Of a stretch of 64,000 bases of DNA, positions 1 through 6,626 are shown piece by piece. The stretch's first letter is position 1; each line of letters begins with the position of its first letter. The stretch lies in the IMG/VR virus record IMGVR_UViG_3300027917_000019, positions 32,001 through 96,000 of that record; one strand, given 5' to 3'. Source of the stretch: a virus. The translations under genes and the position numbers were made by a program. Under the pieces are notes generated by a model. That model was not told where the DNA came from. It ran no database searches and saw nothing but the letters and a program-made list of their open reading frames with translations.

Positions 1-193
1 AGCAGCCTTGTGTGATGAGGCTGAACGTCGCGGTATCAAGTTCTACGCTTTTCGAGAATCCGATCTAGATGATGCCTTGACAGCGGTCTGCTTCGAACCT
101 ACGTTAGAAACTCGCAAGCTCATGTCGGGTTTGCCTCTCGCATTTCGCGAGTTTGTGGGTGAAGCGACTTTACGAGTTCAAAGGCAGCCCTAA
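1..193 (+). CDS. PTH2-like (peptidyl-tRNA hydrolase II-like) phage protein, 5' partial
   Basis: Frame open from the window start; FRESDLDDALTAVCFEP...LPLA resembles the C-terminal half of phage PTH2-like proteins. Confidence 0.55.
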   Translation, partial: AALCDEAERRGIKFYAFRESDLDDALTAVCFEPTLETRKLMSGLPLAFREFVGEATLRVQRQP

Positions 194-245
194 ATGCGTT
201 TAGCAACTCGTCCTTTAGATTGTTGAAAATCTGCAATTTGGAGGA

Positions 246-317
246 GCCCTATTAGCTCAGTGGTAGAGCAGCGGCCTCTAAAACCGTGGTGGGTGGGTTC
301 GAATCCCTCATGGGGCG
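246..317 (+). tRNA. tRNA amber suppressor (anticodon CUA)
   Basis: Cloverleaf GCCCTAT/ATGGGGC, D GCTC/GAGC, anticodon stem GCGGC/ACCGT with loop CT-CTA-AA (278-280), T loop TTCGAAT, G73; no encoded CCA. Confidence 0.85.
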
Positions 318-336
318 CTAAAGATGATATACTAAT

Positions 337-411
337 GGACCCGTCGTCTAGTGGTGAGGGCATGCGTCTTATACGCGCAAGATGAAGGTTCGATTCCTTC
401 CGGGTCTACCA
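337..411 (+). tRNA. tRNA-Ile(UAU)
   Basis: GGACCCG/CGGGTCT-ACCA; anticodon stem TGCGT/GCGCA, loop CT-TAT-AC. Confidence 0.88.
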
Positions 412-412
412 T

Positions 413-492
413 GCTGGCGTAGCCCAATCCAGGCAGAGGCAGCCGCCTTAAAACCGGTAACAGTGTGGGTTCGACTCCCTCCGTCAGCACCA
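413..492 (+). tRNA. tRNA-Leu(UAA), short variable loop
   Basis: GCTGGCG/CGTCAGC-ACCA; loop CT-TAA-AA; C.C mismatch at 31-39. Confidence 0.85.
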
Positions 493-534
493 ACCGTTAT
501 AGCAAGAGGTATCTACATGTTTTAGGAGTCTACT

Positions 535-1071
535 ATGTCTGCGCACGCAACCCTACTTCTCAACTCAACTTACGAACCTCTCAAGATTATTCCTTGGCAG
601 AGGGCTATCACTATGTGGTGGTCAGACAAGGTTGAAATTGTTGAGGAGTATGATGATTTTGATCTAAAGTCAATGTCTATCACAATGAAGTGCCCGGCTG
701 TTGTGCGTTTGTTGAAGTACGTTAAGGGAAATCGTAACAAGGTAAAGTTCTCTCGTATCAACGTGTTTGCACGAGACAACTTCACCTGTCAGTACTGTGG
801 AACGCAGCCTGGCACGAGGAACTTGACGTATGACCACGTGCTTCCTAAGTCTCGTGGTGGTAAGACTATTTGGGATAACATCGTCACTTGTTGCTTATCT
901 TGTAACAGCAAGAAGGCTGACAGTACGCCACAAGAGGCTCACATGAAGCTAAAGAAGCTTCCTACAAAGCCTCGCCAGCGTCCGGAACTCAAGTTGACTT
1001 TCAACATCCCAAAGACTCCTGATGCCTGGAGGAGCTACCTCTACTGGAATCAGGAATTAGAGCATGACTGA
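535..1071 (+). CDS. HNH endonuclease (McrA/COG1403-like)
   Basis: LLLNSTYEPL, RDNFTCQYCG, LTYDHVLPKSRGG, NIVTCCLSCNSKK; SD AGGAG. Confidence 0.92.
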   Translation: MSAHATLLLNSTYEPLKIIPWQRAITMWWSDKVEIVEEYDDFDLKSMSITMKCPAVVRLLKYVKGNRNKVKFSRINVFARDNFTCQYCGTQPGTRNLTYDHVLPKSRGGKTIWDNIVTCCLSCNSKKADSTPQEAHMKLKKLPTKPRQRPELKLTFNIPKTPDAWRSYLYWNQELEHD

Positions 1072-1375
1072 TAAGACAGTATGGCTTGAGTGTAAGTGCA
1101 GCGTACCTGAGCATGCGGTTCGTGTTTCATTGGCCAAGTGGGGCGGCCGTGAAGATGACGTAGAGTTGTGGATTGAACCGCAGCTCAGGCTCGCTGACGT
1201 TGGATTTTTCAAGAGAGTTTGGTGGGCAATCAAGATTTTGTTCGGGTATGATCCTGCTTGTTTCACTGAGTGTATCGTTTCTGAGGAATCTCTTGACGAG
1301 TTGTCTACAATCATTGTATCTTACAGGTTGATTAGGAAGTTGAGAAAAGCCCGAGAAGGAAAGTCTAGCCGATAG
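1064..1375 (+). CDS. hypothetical protein; stop codon lies inside tRNA-Ser
   Basis: Start overlaps the HNH stop; CxC...H motif; TAG stop. Confidence 0.7.
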   Translation: MTDKTVWLECKCSVPEHAVRVSLAKWGGREDDVELWIEPQLRLADVGFFKRVWWAIKILFGYDPACFTECIVSEESLDELSTIIVSYRLIRKLRKAREGKSSR

Positions 1376-1450
1376 TTGGCGACGGCAACGGTTTGCTAAA
1401 CCGTCGAGGATGAAAGTCCCTTATGGGTTCGACCCCCATACTTTCCGCCA
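1358..1450 (+). tRNA. tRNA-Ser(GCU)
   Basis: GGAAAGT/ACTTTCC-GCCA; ACGGT-TT-GCT-AA-ACCGT; long variable arm. Confidence 0.9.
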
Positions 1451-1454
1451 TTCT

Positions 1455-1560
1455 GGAGGGGTAACTCAGTGAGCGTTTACGTAATCATGAGTGCGTTGCG
1501 CGTGGTAGAGTATCGGGTATTTAACCCGGAAGTCGCTGGTTCGACTCCAGCCCCCTCCCC
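1455..1560 (+). ncRNA. tRNA-like RNA with a 33-nt insertion in the D-loop
   Basis: Perfect acceptor GGAGGGG/CCCCTCC, D stem ACTC/GAGT, anticodon arm TCGGG-TATTTAA-CCCGG, T arm GCTGG-TTCGACT-CCAGC; insert 1471-1503. Confidence 0.8.
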
Positions 1561-1583
1561 TAACGTTTGATAGTGAGGGTGAT

Positions 1584-1934
1584 ATGATTAGTGATAAGAC
1601 CATTTCTGCCGTAGTGTCTAAGGCGATGGAGCAGCATGCAAAGAAGGTTGCAGCCTCAGCAGTAGAGGGTGCAATTGAGCGTAAGGTAAAGGGCCTCATC
1701 GACGAAGAAGTTGATAAGCAACTAAAGAATCTGCAAAAGACAATTGCAGCTGAGGTACCTAAGGCCCTCAAAGCGTATCTACACACGAAGACAGGCGATA
1801 GGTATAGTGGTAAGAAGACTCCCCTACAGCGAGCAATTGAGCGTAAGATTAGGGTAAAGGATCTTGACGCGGCTGTTGATGAATTCTTCAATGGATATGA
1901 ACTAGCGTTTGTAGAGTCAGAAGAAACTGAATAG
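1584..1934 (+). CDS. hypothetical helical protein
   Basis: 116 aa ORF with SD GAGGG; TAG stop. Confidence 0.7.
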   Translation: MISDKTISAVVSKAMEQHAKKVAASAVEGAIERKVKGLIDEEVDKQLKNLQKTIAAEVPKALKAYLHTKTGDRYSGKKTPLQRAIERKIRVKDLDAAVDEFFNGYELAFVESEETE

Positions 1935-1940
1935 TTTAAT

Positions 1941-2030
1941 GGTAGGTCAAGCAAATTGGCGATTGCACCCGGTTTGAACCCGGACGAGGTGTAGAAGCCC
2001 TTGGGGGTTCGACTCCCTCACCTACCGCCA
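1941..2030 (+). tRNA. tRNA-Ser(UGA)
   Basis: GGTAGGT/ACCTACC-GCCA; loop TT-TGA-AC; long variable arm. Confidence 0.9.
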
Positions 2031-2037
2031 GGTAAAT

Positions 2038-2256
2038 ATGAAGTGTCCAAGTTGTGGCTCACAGGGTGCAGAAGTATTGTTTACCAGTGTTTCTTGCCCA
2101 AATGAGGAATGCCAGTGGTATGACGAGTCAGTACTGAAGAGTATTGCTGAACGGGCACTTGTATTAGACGAGTTTATAAAGACACTATTGGATGTAGAGG
2201 AAGAGGATACGGACAAGACGCCAGTGTGGCACCCAACCCTTCCTTTTATCGACTAG
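2038..2256 (+). CDS. small zinc-ribbon protein
   Basis: CPSCG...CPNEEC; TAG stop. Confidence 0.7.
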   Translation: MKCPSCGSQGAEVLFTSVSCPNEECQWYDESVLKSIAERALVLDEFIKTLLDVEEEDTDKTPVWHPTLPFID

Positions 2257-2278
2257 GAGATACTGCCATGCTTTAATT

Positions 2279-2458
2279 ATGGCACGTACACATCACCACA
2301 ATCGTGGTTGGGCTAAACGTCGAATGAACAAGGATCACAAAGAAGATCGTCGTTTGTGTCAAAGACGTTTTCGTAGTATACAGAGAGGGATGATACATCA
2401 CGAACGTTGGGATGATATTCCAAGGTTCCGTAGAGACAGTGGGTGGTTGACATGGTAG
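2279..2458 (+). CDS. small basic protein, 59 aa (not in ORF track)
   Basis: MARTHHHNRGWAKRRMNKDHKEDRRLCQRRFR...RRDSGWLTW, TAG stop. Confidence 0.6.
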   Translation: MARTHHHNRGWAKRRMNKDHKEDRRLCQRRFRSIQRGMIHHERWDDIPRFRRDSGWLTW

Positions 2459-2578
2459 AAAGCATTTTGACCAGCGTCACGACTACGCAGTGAATCACAA
2501 GACCGGTAAGCAGATTTGCTACAAAGCCTATTGCAAGGGGCACGTTTCGGACTTATGGTGATGCGGAAGGAGACACGT

Positions 2579-2833
2579 ATGGACTTTGAGAAGGAAATTA
2601 CAAAGGCTCAGAAGACTGCAGCCCAAAAGGCTATGAAGGAAGCGGCTGCTCGAACACTCAACGATCTTGCAACGGATCTTGGTAAGAAAGTTGCTGCTAC
2701 ATGGTTTAAGACTCACCGCAAAGAACTGGAGCAAGAACTAGCAGAAGCTCTAGAAGAGCTTTGGCCGGGGATTCTTGAAAAGACTGCACAACGTTGGGCG
2801 AAGGAAGCTGAACTAACGGTGGATGGTTGGTGA
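2579..2833 (+). CDS. hypothetical helical protein
   Basis: SD AAGGAG precedes ATG 2579, so the start is shortened relative to the track. Confidence 0.7.
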   Translation: MDFEKEITKAQKTAAQKAMKEAAARTLNDLATDLGKKVAATWFKTHRKELEQELAEALEELWPGILEKTAQRWAKEAELTVDGW

Positions 2834-3063
2834 TGAAAATTGTAGCAACAAACGAACAGCTGTATCTGGTGGATATCTATGATCTCGGGGATATCGGTGA
2901 AGAAACACCAGATCAGCAGCGCTTCAACAGGGATATCACGGTCCCTAGTAACCTTTTGTTCATGGAGTATGCTGAGTACCTGCAGACTCTCTATTCACAG
3001 GCAGCTGGGGAACGAGAGTTTCAAGAAAGGCGTGATTCCATGAAGGTTGTGGTGTCTGGATGA
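2827..3063 (+). CDS. hypothetical protein
   Basis: Overlaps both neighbours, consistent with translational coupling. Confidence 0.65.
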   Translation: MVMKIVATNEQLYLVDIYDLGDIGEETPDQQRFNRDITVPSNLLFMEYAEYLQTLYSQAAGEREFQERRDSMKVVVSG

Positions 3064-3572
3064 CTGTTCGTTCCATCAGTGTGTGGCCTCACGAGGTTTT
3101 GCGTGAGGTAGCAGAAGCTGTAGAGGATGTGCATGCTGAAGAGGTTGTGCAACTGGTCAAAGACCTTCGTGACACGACAACGGCTTACAGGGCCCACGGT
3201 GTTGCTGCTCCACAGATAGGTGTGTCAAAGCGGGTCATTATCGTACGAGACGGTGAGATACATAGGGTCCTAATTAACCCAGAGTATCTCACCACCTCTG
3301 CAGTCCCCATTACTTCGTTTGAAGGTTGTTTGTCCTTTCCTGGCGTAAGAGTGAAGATTAAGCGTGCAGATTCTGTGCATATTTCGTACTTAGATGAACA
3401 TGGACACGCTCATTCTTGGGAAGCAGAAGGTTTGTCTGCGGTGGCGGTTCAACACGAGATTGATCACCTGAATGGCGTTGTCATGATAGATCATCTTTCA
3501 AAGTTGGAGCGCAACATAGCTCTACGGCGCCTCAAGAAGGTTAAGAAGAGGTTGGGAGCATACGCTGCATGA
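3060..3572 (+). CDS. def: peptide deformylase
   Basis: All three PDF motifs: GVAAPQIG, EGCLS, QHEIDHLNG. Confidence 0.96.
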   Translation: MTVRSISVWPHEVLREVAEAVEDVHAEEVVQLVKDLRDTTTAYRAHGVAAPQIGVSKRVIIVRDGEIHRVLINPEYLTTSAVPITSFEGCLSFPGVRVKIKRADSVHISYLDEHGHAHSWEAEGLSAVAVQHEIDHLNGVVMIDHLSKLERNIALRRLKKVKKRLGAYAA

Positions 3573-3769
3573 ACTTTGATATCGTGGCTATTACTCGACA
3601 GGCTGAATCTCGGGGGTGGAAAGTAAAGCCAACTAAGAGCGGTCATTACTGTTTCTTGGCTCCTGACAAGAGTATTCGGCCAATATATGTCTCATCTACT
3701 CCTAGTGATTGGAGAGCTATTCACAAGATTAAGGCACAGTTTCGGCGGGCAGGGTTGGAGTTGAGTTGA
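3569..3769 (+). CDS. HicA-like small RNase-fold protein
   Basis: AESRGWKV...KSGHYCF...STPSD.RA...FRRAGL pattern. Confidence 0.65.
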   Translation: MNFDIVAITRQAESRGWKVKPTKSGHYCFLAPDKSIRPIYVSSTPSDWRAIHKIKAQFRRAGLELS

Positions 3770-3939
3770 TGAACACCAAGGATGTTAAAAAACACGGGGA
3801 TCCGTTGCCATGTTGTAATGGTTACATCTACTATGACGGCCGCTGTGGTGATGGTCCGATACCAATCCACGAAAAAACGTGTCCTGTCGGCAAGCGCGAG
3901 GAGGCTGAGTGGGCATATTGGAGTCGCGAGCGCAGATAG
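3769..3939 (+). CDS. small Cys-rich protein, 56 aa (not in ORF track)
   Basis: TGATG overlap with the previous stop; MNTKDVKKHGDPLPCCNG...HEKTCPVG...; TAG stop. Confidence 0.55.
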   Translation: MNTKDVKKHGDPLPCCNGYIYYDGRCGDGPIPIHEKTCPVGKREEAEWAYWSRERR

Positions 3940-3948
3940 GATTAACAC

Positions 3949-3976
3949 TTGACAACACCGTAAAAGGTGTTACACT
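3949..3976 (+). promoter_or_regulatory. sigma70-type promoter for tRNA-Glu cluster
   Basis: TTGACA-16-TACACT with extended TG; inverted repeat in spacer. Confidence 0.7.
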
Positions 3977-3986
3977 GAGGCTCTTC

Positions 3987-4063
3987 GGCCCTATCGTCTA
4001 CGTTGGTTAGGACGCTAGCCTCTCACGCTGGAAAACCCGGATCGTCGCCGGGTAGGGTCACCA
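3987..4063 (+). tRNA. tRNA-Glu(CUC), atypical T loop
   Basis: GGCCCTA/TAGGGTC-ACCA; loop CT-CTC-AC; T loop ATCGTCG. Confidence 0.85.
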
Positions 4064-4072
4064 AGGGGTATC

Positions 4073-4678
4073 ATGCAAAAGATCAAGTATCTACTTTCAG
4101 TTTTGAAGCTTTTCTATAGGTATATACGTGCCTTTTCTACGGGTTGGACACCGTATGATTATCGTCAGGCTGGAAGGCTTCTTAAGGAACAATACTTGGG
4201 TACTGCTGTTGAGCTTTTTCATGACGGTAAGTTCTCTAGGTTGGATTTGTTGAAGCTGGATTCATGTTTGCCTATGAGTGATGAGGGAATTGCTGCGTTG
4301 AAGAATCCGGAAAAGGCGCCTCTTCTACCGGATCCTTATCGCAAACACAGCGGGACCGGAATTGCCGATCTACCCCTACCGCCGTATCCGATAGAACCAC
4401 CTGCTCCTGGAGTTGGTCCAAACTATTCAAATGTACCGAGGCGTTCAAAGGGCCTTTCTAAGGCAGCGTTTCAGCAACTAGCTGGAGGGTATGTTTCTCG
4501 AAGCGGTGGCGTCAATGAGCTTGAACGAGTTTCTTTTGAGTTAGAGAATGCTAAGAAGATCCTTGCAGTGGCACAAGAGCGTTATGATAAGGTACTAGAG
4601 CAACACATTCCCATAACTGTTGCTGAATATTACGAGCGCCTTGACAAGTCTGATACAGACCCACAGAATTCTCATTGA
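4073..4678 (+). CDS. hypothetical protein
   Basis: 201 aa ORF filling the gap between tRNAs. Confidence 0.65.
   Translation: MQKIKYLLSVLKLFYRYIRAFSTGWTPYDYRQAGRLLKEQYLGTAVELFHDGKFSRLDLLKLDSCLPMSDEGIAALKNPEKAPLLPDPYRKHSGTGIADLPLPPYPIEPPAPGVGPNYSNVPRRSKGLSKAAFQQLAGGYVSRSGGVNELERVSFELENAKKILAVAQERYDKVLEQHIPITVAEYYERLDKSDTDPQNSH
4641..4669 (+). promoter_or_regulatory. possible sigma70-type promoter for tRNA-fMet cluster
   Basis: TTGACA-17-CAGAAT, 14 nt upstream of the tRNA. Confidence 0.5.
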
Positions 4679-4683
4679 AATTT

Positions 4684-4763
4684 CGCGGGGTAGGGGAGTT
4701 AGGTCGTCCCCGCTAGGCTCATACCCTGGAGATCGCAGCGTTCGAATCCTGCCCCCGCAACCA
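4684..4763 (+). tRNA. initiator tRNA-fMet(CAU)
   Basis: CGCGGGG/CCCCGCA with C1.A72 mismatch; loop CT-CAT-AC; ACCA. Confidence 0.88.
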
Positions 4764-4764
4764 A

Positions 4765-4839
4765 GGCCCGGTCGTCTAGCGGCTAGGACAACAGCCTTTC
4801 AAGCTGTGAACCGGAGTTCGATTCTCCGTCGGGTCACCA
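4765..4839 (+). tRNA. tRNA-Glu(UUC)
   Basis: GGCCCGG/TCGGGTC-ACCA; loop CT-TTC-AA. Confidence 0.92.
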
Positions 4840-4840
4840 T

Positions 4841-4915
4841 GGCAACACACTCGGGATGAGTACGCGACTCTCATAAGGTCGTCGGCATAGAGTTCGAGTC
4901 TCTTCGTTGCTACCA
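4841..4915 (+). tRNA. tRNA with CAU anticodon (Met or Ile2), reduced D-arm
   Basis: CGACT-CT-CAT-AA-GGTCG; D arm ACTC-GGGAT-GAGT; T loop TTCGAGT; ACCA. Confidence 0.75.
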
Positions 4916-5052
4916 TGAATGTGCGTTGTGGTGAGATACACAAGTTCTTTGAGGAGCTTGCCAGAGTTTTTCCCTTCAAAGTCCTATACGTAACGAACCT
5001 CCTGGCAGAGGGGTGGCCGTTAGAATCGGCCCACATTCAGCAGTTTGTCTAG
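4915..5052 (+). CDS. small ORF, 45 aa; frame stays open past TAG to 5124
   Basis: ATG overlaps the tRNA CCA; MNVRCGEIHKFFEELARVFPFKVLYV... Confidence 0.4.
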   Translation: MNVRCGEIHKFFEELARVFPFKVLYVTNLLAEGWPLESAHIQQFV

Positions 5053-5159
5053 AACGAGTGTGGTCCTCCTACCATAATCGCTAGAGTGCTACAGTCCGCG
5101 CCTACCCGGCGTGGCGTCCTATGAGGGCACGGGACGAAAAAAAACAGAGGCCCTCATTT

Positions 5160-5234
5160 GCGGCTATAGTTCAGTGGTAGAACGTCACGTTGCCAACGTG
5201 AATGTCGCGGGTTCGAATCCCGCTTGCCGCTCCA
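5160..5234 (+). tRNA. tRNA-Gly(GCC)
   Basis: Loop TT-GCC-AA; U73-CCA. Confidence 0.93.
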
Positions 5235-5442
5235 ATACCCACAAACCTTTCGGATATGTGCCGGACCAGTTGAAGGCAGGGTATTTCTTCGGTCCAATCG
5301 CGGCTCTTATGACCTAAAAAGACTGAGTATGCGGTGTTGCTTTTTGACCCACTCAAGAAGATAAATCCTATGGCTCTGCAGAAGAGGAGTTGTAGGTGGA
5401 CTGCTTAGCGGTAGTCTTTGAGGGGCTTAGCGGCTCCTCTTT
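5235..5442 (+). ncRNA. unassigned multi-stem structured RNA candidate
   Basis: At least five stems rich in G.U pairs between two tRNA-Gly genes; no credible ORF. Confidence 0.5.
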
Positions 5443-5516
5443 GCGGGTGTGATGTAGTGGTAACATGGAAGCCTTCCAAGCTTTTCTCATGGGTTCGAAT
5501 CCCTTCACCCGCTCCA
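5443..5516 (+). tRNA. tRNA-Gly(UCC)
   Basis: GCGGGTG/CACCCGC-TCCA; loop CT-TCC-AA. Confidence 0.93.
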
Positions 5517-5517
5517 T

Positions 5518-5590
5518 GACACGGTCCATCTGGGATGGTGTTTGGTTGCAACCCAAATTGAGGTCGGTTCGATTCCGACTCGTGTCTCCA
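5518..5590 (+). tRNA. tRNA-Cys(GCA), minimal D-loop
   Basis: GACACGG/TCGTGTC-TCCA; loop TT-GCA-AC; D arm CCATC-TGG-GATGG. Confidence 0.85.
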
Positions 5591-5709
5591 TGTCCTTAGA
5601 AGCGCTTATAGTAGGTCCCGCTATTGTGGTTGGTTTTGTAGTTGGCACCGTGATTATTTACGGCGGGGCGTTTTTAATGGGAAGGTTGTTGTACAGATGG
5701 CTGTCCTGA
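5590..5709 (+). CDS. 39-aa single-pass membrane peptide
   Basis: MSLEALIVGPAIVVGFVVGTVIIYGGAFLMGRLLYRWLS; overlaps the next start. Confidence 0.5.
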   Translation: MSLEALIVGPAIVVGFVVGTVIIYGGAFLMGRLLYRWLS

Positions 5710-6293
5710 TTCCAGGAAAGTTTCTATATCTAGCAACACCACACACAGCCTCGGTCGCTACTACTCACGCTCTTGCACAACTCCCCGAAGCAAAGACTAC
5801 TCGTTTGGGTGGTTTGGAGAAGTTTGGGCATCTTCCTGTAGCACATCACGCAACTAGAAAAGATGTGGAACCCTACTTGACAGGTACTGAGGTAGTGGTT
5901 ACTACGATACGGAATCCACATGACTTAGTAGTAACGTGGTGGGTTCGTCAGCAAGGGGCCGTCAAGCATTACCTAGGTCCTGGTGCCACTTTCTTAGACT
6001 TTGTGAAAAACGTAGACAAAGTGATTGGCCCGTCGGGTCCTTTTCTACAGGATGGGCAGTTGTTTTGGCACGACGTAGATCGCGTGCTCAGATATGAAAA
6101 CTTAGAGACAGATTTGAACAGTCTTCTTGTAGAACTAAATCTACCTATTGTAACGTTAGAATTAAAGAACGTAACTAAAGACAAAGAACATTGGCGTTCT
6201 TACTACGATGAAGAGAGCTTTGAGGTAGTTAGGGCTCGCTTCGAAAAGGAACTAAAACATTTCGGGGGTGAACTGGTTTCGCCAAGGGAGTAG
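5697..6293 (+). CDS. sulfotransferase family 2-like protein
   Basis: FLYLATPHTAS, IRNPHDLVVTWW, LRYENLETDL, HWRSYYD motifs. Confidence 0.8.
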   Translation: MAVLIPGKFLYLATPHTASVATTHALAQLPEAKTTRLGGLEKFGHLPVAHHATRKDVEPYLTGTEVVVTTIRNPHDLVVTWWVRQQGAVKHYLGPGATFLDFVKNVDKVIGPSGPFLQDGQLFWHDVDRVLRYENLETDLNSLLVELNLPIVTLELKNVTKDKEHWRSYYDEESFEVVRARFEKELKHFGGELVSPRE

Positions 6294-6548
6294 ACGGTAA
6301 AGACTCGTGCCGGGGCGCCGCTGGCCCCGTAAAAAGCGGCAACCAATAACTGCAGATAACGCAGCCCTTCCTCTCGCGGCCTGATCGCGGAGGCGCTCTA
6401 TAGGTAACGTCTGTCAGTACCTAACCTAATTAGAGTGTCATTCAGAACTGACTTTGTCTTAATTTGAGCTTCTCTTAGTTATTCTACGCACGTCAACCCT
6501 TTACTTGAGCTTTTTTGTACCCGGGTTCGATTCCCGGCACCTCCACCA
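6264..6548 (+). ncRNA. ssrA: tmRNA, compact 285 nt, tag (A)ADNAALPLAA
   Basis: GGGGGTG/CACCTCC-ACCA with G3.U70; T arm CCGGG-TTCGATT-CCCGG; PK1 GGGGC/GCCCC plus GCCGCT/AGCGGC; ATAACT-GCA resume signal; tag frame 6352-6384. Confidence 0.95.
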
Positions 6549-6549
6549 A

Positions 6550-6624
6550 GCCTTAGTCGTATAATGGCAAATACTTCGCTTTCGTACTGCGAAAATGGGG
6601 GTTCGATTCCTCTCTAAGGCTCCA
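6550..6624 (+). tRNA. tRNA-Thr(CGU)
   Basis: GCCTTAG/CTAAGGC-TCCA; loop TT-CGT-AC. Confidence 0.88.
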
Positions 6625-6626
6625 CC

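Noticed and set aside
246-317. Pyrrolysine tRNA
   Set aside because: Canonical D-loop, 5-bp anticodon stem and TTC T-loop; no pyl genes in the window
1941-2030. Selenocysteine or opal suppressor tRNA
   Set aside because: Anticodon is UGA (reads UCA, Ser), not UCA
2439-2561. Frame MGG*HGRKHFDQRHDY...CYKAYCKGH with TGA at codon 4
   Set aside because: Short, overlaps another ORF and has no independent support for TGA readthrough
4620-5317. Track ORFs 4620-4859 and 5111-5317
   Set aside because: They run through tRNA genes
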